A DNA stretch of 64,000 nt from the NCBI RefSeq assembly GCF_009914755.1, contig NC_060946.1. One strand, 5' to 3'. The translations under genes were made by a program, and so were the position numbers. This DNA comes from the human T2T-CHM13v2.0 reference genome, Homo sapiens. The stretch's first letter is position 1. Each line of letters opens with the position of its first letter. The notes below the pieces were generated by a model. That model ran no database searches, was not told the origin of the DNA, and saw only the letters and a list, made by a program, of their open reading frames with translations. This document shows, in pieces, positions 1 through 14,772 of this stretch.

Positions 1-601
1 AAATAATTTAAATAATAAAGATACAAGAAATAGAAAGTAAAGAGGTGTTTCTACCCTCTAGAATTCCTCTCTTCAGAGGTAATGAAGCTCAACAGTTGGT
101 TCTATTTTAAAAAAAACCTTTACTCTCCACTGCTTAATTTGATCTCTGAACAAACCCAATACGGAAAGGCTGAGCTGAGATTGTCAGTCCGTTTTACGAA
201 TGCAGAGACTCAGGTGCAGAGAGGCTCCACAGCTTGCTAAGGCCAGGGTCCAGGTCTAGAAGCTCAGTTAAATGACCCTCCGAGTAGCTCTCATCCCTCG
301 GAATCTGGTCCTAGTGCCATGGCCAGCCCACTTCTGTCTGGGTTCTCAAGGGTATATAATAAAATGCTGGACAGTGGACCAAATCCAGGGGCTTATATAA
401 TTGGAGTGACTCAGCGAACATTGAAATGAAAGATGGTGAGGAGGATGTGAGAGGTAATTTTTGGGAAACAGCTATTATCATAGAAGCTCTGAGAGATGTA
501 GACATCTGTGGGTGGGGAAAGTAGGGATTTTCAGGGGTGGTTTCCCAGCAAGGCTTGTGGACTCAGGGTGATATATATACATTTTTTTTTTGTCTCACCA
601 G

Positions 602-685
602 TCTGCTGCTGACATTGGGCAGATCCAAGAACTGCAGCTGCAGCTGGAGGAAGCCAAGAAGGAGAAGCACAAGCTACAAGAACAA
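602..685 (+). CDS. MYO18B: MYO18B coding exon (~exon 37), coiled-coil tail: SAADIGQIQELQLQLEEAKKEKHKLQEQ
   Basis: T-rich tract ending in ctcaccag at 601; donor CAA|gtatgt at 686; 84 nt, phase 0-0; heptad-like peptide that continues in frame into the next exon. Confidence 0.93.
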
Positions 686-751
686 GTATGTGCTCAGAGC
701 CATCCTATAGTTGTATTAGTCAGGGTTTTCTTAGAGGGACAGAACTAATAG

Positions 752-1125
<374 letters not shown>

Positions 1126-2540
1126 TGGGAAATACGTTAAGTATTAACTTACATGACCACAAGGTCCCACAATAGGCCTTCTGCAAGCTAAGGAGCAAGG
1201 AGAGCCAGTCCGAGTCCCAAAACTGAAGAACTTGGAATTCAATGTTCAAGGGCAAGAAGCATCCAGCACGGGAGAAAGATGTAGGCTGGGAGGCTAAGGC
1301 CCATCTCTCTCCTTTTCACGTTTTCCTGCCTGCTTTATATTCTCTGGAAGCTGATTAGATGGTGCCCACCAGATTAAGGGTGGATCTGCCTTCCCCAGCC
1401 CACTGACTCAGATGTTAATCTCTTTTGGCAACAACCTCACAGATACACCCAGGATCAATACTTTGTGTCCTTCAATGGAATCAAGTTGACACTCAGTATT
1501 AACCATCACAGGGAGGAAGAGAGGGATTCTCCCTGGGCACTTACTTATACTTTGGCTCCTGGAAACTGTTTCCTTCATTCTTTTATTCATCAGTTCATTC
1601 AAATACTCACTCAATTCCAGTTGTGTGCGAGGTGAATTGAGACCAGTCCTTAGACAGACACATGCACACACACTCACACTCATTTACTCTTGGCCTGTGC
1701 TTGTGCTGAATCCAAGCGTGCCCCATGCACTGAGATTCAGCCATTCAGTGCAGAATTTTCTCCGTCTGAGAAATGGCTCCAAGAACAAGAGATGGTCTGT
1801 GCAAGACAGGATCACGATCCTCTGCGAAATCTTCCTTTGAAGTCATGGTCCCTCCAAACATCTCTGGCTTTCCATCATTACCTAGAGGGTTGCTATTATC
1901 CATGAAATTTTCAAAGCTCTTCTAGAACCCTGGCATGCACCTGCTTAAAGTGACTGTTGGAGTGACCAGGTCTCAAGCAATTTCCTATGGGTGCTGGATA
2001 ACAACACGCACAACAAATGGAACAGCAGCAGTGGCCATTTGCTGGCTGCTTATTATGTGCCAGTCACTAATCTCCTCTAATCCTCACAAGAAAAATGAAG
2101 AAACCAAGGCTCAAGGAAAGGAACTGACTTTCCCAGACTCACACACCAGGCAGAAACCTGGCTCCCAAACCCACACTTGCTTGTATCTTTTGATGCTGTA
2201 GCTTGTTGCTCACAGACTAGCTTTGCTCCTTGATCAGAGCAGGGAAGGAGAGAAGGGAAGCACTGATTAAAAGTCTTGTTTTCAATTGTGAAGGCATAAG
2301 AAGCATCACCTCCCAGCACCTGAGACCCAGGATCAGGGTCTGGTGTGAGGGTCCAGTGAAGGTCCCAAGATTGACACCTGGCCATTCTTGCTTGTGCAGA
2401 CATTTAACATGCAGCACACCTGAGTAGAGAAGGAGGTGGTGTGAATAGCTCCTCCCACCCTCCCAGGCTGGGTCCTGCACATGTCTCTGTCCTGGTATCA
2501 GGGACAACAGATGTCCAATAGACTTCTCTCATACTTACAG

Positions 2541-2678
2541 CTGCAGGTGGCTCAGATGCGCATCGAGTACCTGGAACAGTCCACCGTGGATCGAGCCATC
2601 GTCAGCAGGCAGGAGGCGGTCATCTGTGACCTAGAGAACAAGACAGAGTTCCAGAAGGTGCAGATTAAGAGATTTGAG
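2541..2678 (+). CDS. MYO18B: MYO18B coding exon (~exon 38): LQVAQMRIEYLEQSTVDRAIVSRQEAVICDLENKTEFQKVQIKRFE
   Basis: Acceptor cttacag|, donor GAG|gtacgt; 138 nt, phase 0-0; lies in ORF 2481..2696; myosin-18 tail sequence. Confidence 0.95.
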
Positions 2679-4928
2679 GTACGTAGTGATTCATAAATAG
2701 TGCCTGGGCCAAGAGCAGGGAGAGCTTTTGTGTAAGCTTCATCCATCCTTCTACTACTCATCTATCTACTCACATGCCTTCATCTAGATATACATTACTC
2801 ATCCACTTCTCACCCAAGCTCCCTCCCTCCTTCCATCATAGCATCATCCCTCAAGCCACCTACCCATTTACCCATCTATCCTCACGTATGTCTCTCCATC
2901 TCCTTCCACCATCATGGGTCCATTCATCCATCCTCCCTTCCATTTGTTCTTCCTTTCACCTTTACTTTTTCCTCTCTTCCTCTATTATTTTTTCTTTAGC
3001 CCTCAACCCCTCTGTCTGCCCATTCTTCTATGCATTGATCCAGTTCTTCCTACCTCCGTCCACCTACTCAACCACTTACATGCCCAACACTCATTTTGAA
3101 CAGAAATTTATTTTGCACCCAGTGTGGGCTAGGCCCTGTTTTAGGTGCACAGAAGACAGATGTATGACACAGATCTGCTTTCAGAAGCATATGTCTTTGT
3201 AAGCAATGTGGGTAAGATATGTACATAAATATCTGTAATATGGAGAGAGGGCTGTGATGTTTAGAGGATAGAGATCTTTTCAAGACTCTGGAATCAGGAG
3301 GGCTTCTGGGAGGAGGTGGCATTAATGCTGAACCTTGAAGGACAGGTAAGACTTGGATGGGCTGGGGTGAGGTTCAGTGATTACATTCACATTGCCCTTG
3401 AGCTGGGAACACAGGTGTTCACTTCTTCAGCTCTGTAGGCCAGTGACATGGGACTCTTACAGAAGACATCACCATTGTCAAAATCCTTTCACATAAGCCA
3501 CTCCACTTGAGGTTTGATACAGTCCTGTGAGGCAGGTAGGATAAGCCTTATCTGATGAGAAGATGACCCCGGAGAGGTCAAGTGACTTGCTGAAGATAAA
3601 GCCAGGCAGTGCGTGGGATAAGGTAGATGGACACCTGACCTTCACTTCCTCCTGGTTACAGGTTCCAATTTCTCTGCAGCCAGCTGGCTTCACCACAGTA
3701 AGACAGTGCGTCTAGACAGTTGGGAGGCTGCATTCCTCATTCTGAAACATTTCCCCTTGATCTCCCTAGGGGCATCTGGTCTCCAATAAGGCTGCTATGG
3801 ATGAAGAACAGAGAGAAATTCTTCTTTGCTTTGACCCTCAGTGGTTCCCAGAAATTGCTCAAGGGATCCCTCAAGGTCTGACTGTCTCTGCAGATCACCA
3901 TGAAACTTTGATCTACTATATTTTAAATAATTAAATATGTAAAGTTGGGCTATATCACATGCCATTTTAAAACTTGTGTCTAGCGTAGTGAAATGACAGC
4001 AGAGGAGAAAAGAAAATGAATGTGGGAAAACTTCAAATGGAAAAATTCTATCTCCAAATTCAATTTTGCCCTCTGCCACTATGATTTGAATTTAGTAGAA
4101 TCCTGGGTCTTTGAGGTGTAGAGATGGGGTACCTCAAAGACACAGTTTGAGAACTCCTTCCACTCTTCCTGCTGTTCTTGGAATTGTGGCTGAACTTCAT
4201 TTGAGAGGTGAACTGAATAGGCAAGCATTTCTTTTAGGTTATTATTTGGTGTCTGATCTGCAGGCTGTTATCCCCACTGCCTGTGGCTGCAGAAAAAGGG
4301 CTCAAAGTCCTTAGCAGGGGCTTGAAATATTCATGTGGGTCCCGTCTTATGTCAACACTAGAGTATTTGCCCATCAGGATCGATTGGTTCCCGGCTTGTT
4401 GGCCAACTAATGAATTCTGCAGAACAGTCTTTGGGTTTGTTTTGTGTGGCACTCGTGATGGCCAAAGCACTTTTCTCTCTATTGTTTCATTGTGTCCTCA
4501 AGGATTCCCCATCCCCCCTGCCACCAGGAAAGGAAAAATGTCATAAAATAGTAGGGCTGAGGCTCATGAGAAATTATCTGAACACCCTCATTTTATAAAT
4601 CAGGAAACAAAAACACATGTGGGGGAAAGGTTTTTGACTTCAGCAGAGTTCTCTCTTCATTGCACCAGCCCCTCGAGATAAATAGGAGCTGCTAAAAAAA
4701 AAAAAGAATTAATAATCCCCCATCCCTTATCTGGCACATCCTATGTGCCAGGCACCCAAGCCTTCTGCATACCAAGAAATTAGATTCTGACAGCGTCCCT
4801 GGGACACAGGTACTATCATCATCCCTGTCTCTCAGAGGGCCTCCATAACCTGCCCAAGGTCACATAGCCAGGGAGAGGTAGAGGTGGGATTTGAACCCAG
4901 AGGGTCTTGGGGGCAAGGGTTCTCATAA

Positions 4929-5263
<335 letters not shown>

Positions 5264-5433
5264 ATCATTTTTTGCATGTTGTTAATTCTTCATTTTTGTA
5301 GCAGACATCAGTATTCTTATCCTGATTATGAAAACACAGGAAACTCGGCAAAGGATTTATCTTCCTGAGGCTCCCTTGTTTCATACCCCTGGCCTCCAAC
5401 TCCAAGGTGGGCATGTGTCTCTGCCCCTCCCAG

Positions 5434-5619
5434 GTCCTGGTGATCCGGCTTCGGGACAGCCTGATCAAGATGGGGGAGGAGCTTTCACAGGCGGCCACCT
5501 CCGAGTCCCAGCAGCGGGAGAGCAGCCAGTACTACCAGCGGCGCCTGGAAGAGCTGAAGGCCGACATGGAAGAGCTGGTGCAGCGGGAGGCAGAGGCCAG
5601 CCGGCGGTGCATGGAGCTG
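5434..5619 (+). CDS. MYO18B: MYO18B coding exon (~exon 39): VLVIRLRDSLIKMGEELSQAATSESQQRESSQYYQRRLEELKADMEELVQREAEASRRCMEL
   Basis: Acceptor cccctcccag|, consensus donor CTG|gtgagt; 186 nt, phase 0-0; GC3- and CpG-rich coiled-coil codons. Confidence 0.95.
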
Positions 5620-6467
5620 GTGAGTCCTGTCCCCATCATGGGCTCTTAGCGACTGAGGGTTTGCAATGTGGTAGACCCCCCTTTCTTAAGACTTCTGAAT
5701 GGGAGACTCATAGGTTTGGGTCCTGGGCCTCAGGGGTGTGCGGAAAGCCAGGAGAAACAAGAAGGGGAGAGTGGGCTGAGACAACACCGTCATTGGCTGC
5801 AAACCCTGGAGGTGGGCCCAAAGTGGACCAATGACATTCACTGCTGCCGGATGGCTGCCAAGTTCATTTACATATCAGATCCCAGACTTTCTTTTCCTGC
5901 TCCATTCATTCCACTCCAATGGCAGGAAGGCCTCATACAAAAGAGGAAAAAACCGGTATTTATTAACGGCCTATCTTTCACCAGGTCTCAATATCCATAA
6001 TATTCTATAATCCTCATGTCAGCCCTGTGAAGTCAGAATTATTGCCCCCATTTCACAGATGAGGACAAACCGAGCCTTCCAGAAGGGGAGATGACTAGTC
6101 TAAGGCCACATCTAGTAAACATAGAGCTATTTCTGGGCTGTTAATAGCACAACAAAAATAAAAGATACAAATGATGATTCAAGCCACCATGTGTGAAGTA
6201 TTTGCTCCCTACCAGGTTCTGAAGGAAACATTTCTCGTCTAAATCCTCATTTCAGAACTGTGAGGTAGGTGCTATCTTGATGTCCCTTAAAAAGGTGGGG
6301 AAACTGACACGTGGAGATATCAACTTGCCAAATTGAGGCTCCGAATGGTCCATTTGCTTGCCCAGGGTCACACAGGAGTAAGAATTTGAACCCAAGGCTG
6401 CCTGACAATGTAGTCTCTGCTTTTAGTCACTAACTCATATTTTGTCTCCAGGATGGACCGAGGAACC

Positions 6468-6770
6468 TTTTTTTTTTTTTTTTCCCTGGAGACAGAGTCT
6501 TGCACTGTTTGCCAGGCTGGGGTGCAGTGGCACGATCTCAGCTCACTATAATCTCCATCTCCCAGGTTCAAGCGATTCTCGTGGCTCAGCTTCCTGAGTA
6601 GCTGGGACTACGGGCATGAGCCACCATGTCCGTCTAATTTTTTGTATTTTAGTAGAGACAGGGTTTCACTTTGTGGCCCAGGCTGGTCTCAAACTCTTGA
6701 GCTCAGGCAATCTGCCCACTTCGGCCACCCAAAGTGCTAGGATTACAAGTGTGAGCCACTGCGCCCGGCC
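6468..6770 (-). mobile_element. Alu
   Basis: Antisense Alu; TSD-like ccgaggaac / ccaaggaac. Confidence 0.95.
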
Positions 6771-7788
6771 CCAAGGAACATTTTAAAATTTGTTTCTTGC
6801 CTAATGGGAAGGTTTCTCCATCATTCAGTGTGTTGTTCTAAGAAGTTTTCTGCACAGGTCACAGAGCATCTAAGAGTGACTGTTCCACTTTTTCTCCACG
6901 GGGCCAGATATCACTAAGGTTCCAGATTTCTGATTCTGTGACCTGGGGTGTATCTGGCACCCCTATCGCCTACCATCACTCAGCCTTCTAGAGACAGCCC
7001 ACAATATGCCAAGCCTTGGCCCAGAGGTCTCTAAATTACATTTGTTTTCTCCTTCCTGCATTATCCGCTCTGGTGCTGTGAGAGGTCTTACCAACTTGTT
7101 CTTCCTGCAGCAAATATATTAATATGTCTCGGGCTACTGTCTTTCACAGCCGGTGTCATCCCCATCAGCTTTGCCCTTGACAAGCTGGCTGTCTGGTTCT
7201 TCTGTGAGGGGGCAGTAAGGCACCGCACAGAGACAGAGGTTCCCAGACAAAGTCCAGGCCTCCTGACTGGCGGTTCCTCCACACCCATGGCCCTGGGAGA
7301 GAGAAAAGCTCTTTCCTCCAGTTGACAGGATAACTTCCTCATTAACCAGCCCCATTTCTCATGCAGCTGAGCACCCCTCCTGCAAGCTCTGGCTGGGAGG
7401 AGAGAACATCCCCAGCCTTTCTCCTCTGATGTCTTCTTTAACTAGCCAGGCACTCAGGCATTCTGTCCAGATCAAATAGTGATTTTCTTCCTCTCTGTCC
7501 CTTGACCTCTTTTTCTCTGTCTCTTCTCTCCTTCCCTCTTTTCTCTCTTTCCTCTCCCTGTCCCCATTCCTGGGGCCATATTCTGATCTTGAAAGGCCCT
7601 GAAATACTGAAAAGATTATAGCATAGTTCCCACATATGAATCAAAATGGACACAACACAAAACCTTAAAGAGCTTGCATGCATGCTGAAATTAGACCTGC
7701 ATCTGTCTCCAATTTCTGATGGCAAGATTCTGGATAAGTTTATCAAAGCTGAACTTTTCTCTTTAGTTTGGTGAGTGTGGTTGAAAGG

Positions 7789-8555
<767 letters not shown>

Positions 8556-9520
8556 AAGAGGAAGGCACATTTCTGCTTGGTTGGCATTCTGAAGTTATCC
8601 AGTACATCCTGTCGTTTCCTTAATGCTTCTGTGGAAGAACAAAGCTCCACGAATAAGGTCGGGCCAGCAGCCTCTTCCAAATACTGGATGTCCTAAAACT
8701 CACCAACCTATTTGCTCTCAAATATTTCCTTTGCCTTTGAGCTCTGGGAAGTTTCCACTGGGAGAAGGGAGGAAGTCATACTTTCTTGTATCACTCATTT
8801 ATTCATTCAACAAATACCTATTCAACACCAGCTATGAGCATGGCACAGGGATAGGCACTGGTGAGGAAGGGCAAGGAATCATAAGGTCCTTGCTGTGTAG
8901 AAGTTACACAGTGTGCCCAAAACAGGGCTCAGTGGGAGAGTTAAGTCCTCACTGTCATTGAAAGTCTAGTCTTGCTGCTGAGGCCCCTCCTATAGGTGTG
9001 GCATCCTGGTACTCTCCCTGGCTTCTGAAGACAGATCATCCCATCTGTTCATGTCTATGCCACCAACTTGCCTTCCCTCATCCCATTTCTATAAGATAAG
9101 GGGCAGCTTCTTTGTGCCATATGTTCTCTCTAAACTACACTAAAATCCTGCAAGGCAGCCAGAGCTTTGCTTCTTTCCTTCATGCAATATATATCCATAG
9201 TTTTCACTGTGGGTCAAGCCCTGTGCTTTATGCTGGATACCCAGTGAGGAACAGCACACACCTTTGCCCCCCAGGAGCTCATAGATGGAAATATATAACT
9301 GCATGAGAAAATACAACTAAGGCCATTCTTAGTGTACTTCGTACAAGTATGGAGTTTCCTCCGTAATGAGAGCTCAGAGCCTTCACAGGCAAAACAAGGG
9401 GGCATGCACTGTGATTTGAGGGATTTTAGAAGGCCAGTTGGCACCAAATCTCTCTCCCATGCCCACTGTCACCACCACAAGTCCATTTCTTTGGGCAAAG
9501 TATTGCCTTCTCCATCTTCC

Positions 9521-9840
<320 letters not shown>

Positions 9841-10409
9841 TAGAATTCACATCCTCCCTGGGAGGGATAGAATACATTTCCTAACTCCACAGTCCAAGCA
9901 TTCATTTATTCATTCCATCAACAAACGTTTATTGAGTTGTTCTATGTTCAAGCCGTTTGCAGAAGTTGTCTTCTTTAGCACTTAATGTCAACCTCAGCAA
10001 GTGGAGAACATGGAGGGGCCCGGGTGTGAGGTTGTCCAGGGCTGCAGGGTCAGAAAGGGCAGAGCTGGGATTGGTGTCCCACGTGTCCAATGCTAAAGCT
10101 CTCACCAGGTCACCCTGCTGCCCTTTCAACCCAACCTTGCTGAAAAATGGCTCTGCTCTGGAGACCAAAAAAAGGATCCGGTGCTCTGGGCCCTGGAGAG
10201 CAGTGGGAAGGATGTTGATGGATCTCCTGTCCACAATCCTTTCCGCCCGTCCCCAACCTGTACTATTTGTCACTGTTGGTGTTGGTTTAAAGAACTGTGA
10301 GTTGTTGCATGTGAATGATTTATACCCCCAGCTGACTCTCTGGCACATCCAGATCAGGATCAATTACCCCTCCGGTGGAACTTTGCTTCCCAGAAAAAAG
10401 AAAAATGAG

Positions 10410-10713
10410 GTTTTCCCATTAATTTTAGTAAATGTACTATTCCTGGAGACTCCAGGAGCCATTATGGAGAAAATAATATTCTGGCTCTAAATCATTCCAG
10501 TCCCTTTGTCATTAGAGCGATGAAGCAACTCATCTGTGGATGTATATATCCTGTTGTTTTTCAGTAGTTACAGGGCCCGGGGGAACCACCCTGGTCCCAA
10601 GACTGGGTAATCAAGGGGTGCCTGAGGAAGCTGGAAGTCCTGATGCTGACGGGAAGGCCTGACTTCGGCCTACCAGGTGCACCTATTTCAGAGGCTGCAC
10701 CTGTTGGGTTTTA
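10410..10713 (+). repeat. Donor copy of a local ~300-bp duplication
   Basis: Aligns by eye to 11729-12029 (about 18 substitutions and 2 small indels). Confidence 0.93.
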
Positions 10714-11121
10714 TCCCTCATCACCTTGGCCTGATTCTCCGGTTTTGACTTTCCCCTGATCCAGGTGTCCTTTTCACAAGTTCCCCAGGTCTTGAAAAAC
10801 TTGCATGGTGCTTCTGCTCACTCTTCCTGCATCCACCTGGTGACCTGAGTTAGAAATTGCAGCAACCTGTCTCCCTCTCGCTCACATAGCTTAATGGTCA
10901 GACCCGCTGATTTTACCCTATTATTTTTCAAATTCACCCCTCCTGACCCATTTTTGCTCACTCTATCTTTATTTAAGCATCATCCCCTCCAGTCTGGGCT
11001 TCTATAGTGACTCCTCACTTGTCTCCCCACTTTCCCTTCAGTCTTGGTCCGCCCTGCAGGAGATCCTTCAAGAAGGAGCATAGCTTACTGTGTTATTTCT
11101 CTGCTAAGAAATCTTTTATGG

Positions 11122-11512
11122 GGCCGGATATGTTGGCTCATGCTTTATAATCCTAGCACTTTGGGAGGACGAGTGGGAGGATCACTTCAGGCCTGGAGTT
11201 CAAGACCAGCCTCGGCAACATAGCAAGACCCCATCTCTATGAAAGAGAAAGAGAGAGAGAAAGAAAGAAAGAGGAAAGAAGGGAAAGGAAGGAATTAAGG
11301 AAGGAAGGAAGGAAGCAACAAAGAAGAATTTGCTACGTCTGCTGGCATGTACCTGTAGACCCAGCTACTCAGGAGGCTGAGGTGGAAGATTGCTTGAGCC
11401 CAGGAGTTCAAGATTACGGTGAACTATGGTTGCACCCCTGCACTCCAGCCTGGGTGACAGAGCTAGCCTCCATCTAAAAAAAAAAAAAAAAGAAAGAAAG
11501 AAAACAACAAAA
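11122..11512 (+). mobile_element. Alu (J-type) with its middle linker expanded into a GAAA/GGAA microsatellite
   Basis: Left arm to ~11240, purine repeat ~11241-11327, right arm and A tail. Confidence 0.9.
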
Positions 11513-11676
11513 AGATCTTCCATGGGTCATGGGTCTCCATTGCCTTCAGAACAAAGTTCAAACTGCTTCCTATGGCCTACAAGAAATCTAACCTCTCTAG
11601 ATTTTTCCACCTCTGGTTGTCTGCCTCTCATCCTCTTACCTGTTCTACTTAAGCATAAAGACAGATGTTGAGGACT

Positions 11677-12396
11677 GCTGTAGTTTGAATGTTTGTCCCT
11701 CAAGCATCATGTTGAAATTTGATCCTCAGTTTTGCCATTAATTTTAGTAAATGTGCTATTCCTGGAGACTCCAGGAGCCATTATGGAGAAAATAATATTC
11801 TGGCTGTAGATTATTCCTGTCCCTTTGTCATTACAGCGATGAAGCAACTCCTCTGTGGATGTATATCCTGTTGTTTTTCAGTAGTTACAGGGCCCGGGGA
11901 ACCACCCTGGCCCCAGAACTGGGTAATCAAGGGGTACCTGAGGAAGCTAGAAGTCCAGATGCTGACGGGAAGGTCTGACTTCGGCCTGCCAGATGCACCT
12001 GTTTCAGAGGCTGCACCTGTTGGGTTTTACCTGTTGGGACCTCATAGGAGGTGTTTGGGCAGATCCCTCATGAATGGCTTGGTGCCTCCTCATGGTAACG
12101 AGTGAGTTCTCACTGTGTTAGTTCTCACTGGAGTTCCCCTGAGAAATGGCTGTTGAAAACAGCCTTCCACTTCCTCCTCTCTGTCTTGCTTCTGCTCTTG
12201 CCGTATGATCTCTGCACATATCAGCTCCCCTTCCCTTTGTGTCATGAGTGGAAGCAGCTAAGGCCCTCACTAGAAGCAGGTGCTGGTGTCACACTTCTTG
12301 TGCAGCCTGCAGAACCGTGAGCCAAGTAAACCTCTTTTCTTTATAAATTACTCAGCCTCAGGTATTCCTTTATAGCAACACAATTGAAATAAGACA
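11677..12396 (+). mobile_element. MST (MaLR) LTR interrupted by the duplicated segment
   Basis: tgctgtagtttgaatgtttgtcc...catgttgaaatttgatcc, resuming at ggaggtgtttgggcagatccctcatgaatggc...ctcagcctcaggtattcctttatagca. Confidence 0.85.
11729..12029 (+). repeat. Inserted copy of the 10410-10713 segment
   Basis: Direct-orientation copy, about 93% identical. Confidence 0.93.
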
Positions 12397-13364
12397 AGAC
12401 CCCAGTGCCATGTTACTCCTTGATTCACCGCCTTTATCCTCATGCATCCTGCTGCCTGCCTATGCAAATTTCAAAACTCAAATATCAGGTTAAGCACCTC
12501 CTTTGTGTTCCCGTACCCCCTGTGCCCACCCCATCAATGCATGTGTCACCCAGTTATTGTAAATGCCGATGTTCTTGTCTTCCTAGAGAGAGAAACCCTG
12601 AGAGAAGACTTTACTTGACTCGGGCTGCAACCTCCATATCAGAGTCAGGTATAGGGTAGATGCTCAGTAATTGCTTGCTGAATAATTTTCTCAGCATTTT
12701 GAAGTTTTACCTCTTAACAGAATGGCTCAAAAAAGTACATCTTAGAAATGGAAAATTTTAAATCAACCAACTGTTGTTTGTATCTTACTATGTACCTAGC
12801 CCTGTGCCTGATGTTGTGGGAGATGCAGACATGGATGGACTAGGGACTGTGCCCTTGCATTTCTCAAGATCTAGAGGAGGAGATGCACATGTCCCTCAAT
12901 AACTCTGACACAAGATGGGATGTGTGGACAAAGGAAGAAATGGTTTCACACAAACAGGAGCCCTAGGGGAGATTGTATGGAAGATGCATCATTCATCTGA
13001 AACTTGTATGGAGTTTCTTGAATGATAAAGCAAATACTGGCTGGCAGCTTTGGGGGAGCAGTGATCCAGTCATGTTTATCACGACATCTCTCACTTGCAT
13101 TCAGCAAGTGTCTAGTGAATGCCTGCTGTGTGTCAGGCAATGTCCAGGTTGCCGGAGAGTCAGAGAGAAACCAGTTACAGGGATATAAACACAGACTCTT
13201 CACCCCTTTCCTTTCTTCTCTTCCTTCTTTCTCATTGCAGCTCCCCTACTGCATGCCAATTGCAAAATCTCTTCCTCCTCCCTCTTCAACCTGTTTTCTT
13301 TTGCTTTCCTTGTTCTTCCTTATTCTTCCTTAGTTCTCACTTGTCTAGACTTAGGCATGCTGTT

Positions 13365-13416
13365 TCTCTCTCTCTCTCCTCTTTCTCTTTCTCCTCTCTC
13401 TCTCTCCTCTTTCTCC

Positions 13417-13469
<53 letters not shown>
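13365..13469 (+). repeat. Compound (CT)n(CA)n microsatellite
   Basis: Direct reading. Confidence 0.95.
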
Positions 13470-13471
<2 letters not shown>

Positions 13472-13499
13472 TGTTTTGACTCAGGTTGGGAGGAGGGTC

Positions 13500-13920
13500 T
13501 GTGTTAAATTTCTAGGCTACCATAACAAATAATCAAAACCTGGATATCTTAAAACAACAGGAACTTATTGTCTCACAGTTCTGGAGGCTAGATGTCTGAA
13601 ATGAAGATGTTGGGAGAGACATGCTCCTCTGAAGGCTCTAGGGGAGAATCCTTCCTTCCCCTGGTGGCTCCAGGCATTCCTTGGCCTGTGGGCTGCATCA
13701 TGCTTATCTCTGCCTCTGTCTTTATGTGGCCTTCCCCTCTTCTCTTTCTGTCTCCATGTGTCCTCAAGGACACCAGTCATTGAATTCAGGGCCCACCTTA
13801 ATCTAGTATGACCTCAGCTTAACTCATTACTTCTGCAAAGACCCTATTTCCCAATAAGGTCCCATTCTGAGTTTTTAGGTGGATATGGATTTTTGGGGGA
13901 CGCTATTTAACCCACTATAC
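13500..13920 (-). mobile_element. MLT1 (MaLR) LTR
   Basis: cttaaaacaacag...ctcacagttctggaggctag...gaaggctctaggggagaatccttcctt. Confidence 0.8.
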
Positions 13921-14315
13921 GGTGGTTGAAAAGAGCATTGCGCTTGGAGTCTGATACCTCAGACAGCTAAGTTAACATTGAAGCAACTCAATTTCCTCAT
14001 CTGTAAAATAGGCATAATATGGCCTGTTTTATTGGGTAGCTATGGGGATTAAATGAGATCATGTATACAAAAGTGTCAAATGACAGCCCATAATAAGCAC
14101 CTAATAGATGGTACTTTATTTTCTTTCTTCCTTTTCTTACTCTTCCTTTGAGTTTCTGATTTTCTCCTTCCACTCAAGCTTTATCATATTCTACCAGCTC
14201 CACATCCATGCAGTGCCCGTGAGTGGATGGCAGTGATGTTAATAGGATTTAATATTTGTTTATCATATACTGTATGGTGGGTACTGGGTTAAGTACTTTA
14301 CATGAATCCTCTGTT

Positions 14316-14532
14316 TTGAGAACTTGTTTGGAGGTTTGGAGATATACCCTTGACCGAAGACTGGTCCTCCTCTATCAGAGACAGTCATCCTCTTGAAGCA
14401 TGCAGCTTTGGGAGGGATGAACATGGAGTGGTGAGGGGGGAAGGGGACACCCGCCTAGCCAGCTAGATCAGCCAGATCAACCCTGGCGATCAACAGGGTG
14501 ACAGATGTTACAGCTAGATCGCCCTCACATCC
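14316..14532 (-). pseudogene. 7SK snRNA retropseudogene, 3'-truncated with an internal deletion
   Basis: Reverse complement begins GGATGTGAGGGCGATCTAGCTGTAACATCTGTCACC (7SK 5' end) and runs to ...AACCTCCAAACAAGTTCTCAA; 17-bp TSD at 14304-14320 and 14533-14549. Possibly RN7SKP169 (recollection, unverified). Confidence 0.93.
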
Positions 14533-14772
14533 GAATCCCCTATTTTGAGCCTCACCGTTGGAGGTAATTGTCCTTATTTTATCATTAAAGAAACTAAAAT
14601 CCAGACAGGTGAAGCAATTTCTCCAAAGTCACATTCCCAGTAAATGGCAGAGTCAGAATTTGAGTGCGGGTCTGACCGACTCAATGAATTTTAGATACGC
14701 AGTGTTTACGTGTTCAAGTACAATTTTAAAAAATTAATAATATATGTTAATATTGCTTCTGATTCTGTAATG

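Noticed and set aside
5328-5834. 168-aa ORF
   Set aside because: Alternative frame over the GC-rich MYO18B exon; the true frame is that of ORF 5407..5649.
9929-10490. 177-aa and 144-aa overlapping ORFs
   Set aside because: Overlap L2/MIR remnants; no recognisable domain or coding bias.
11719-12105. 128-aa ORF across the duplicated segment
   Set aside because: The donor copy has frameshifting indels and stops relative to it, so coding potential is not conserved.
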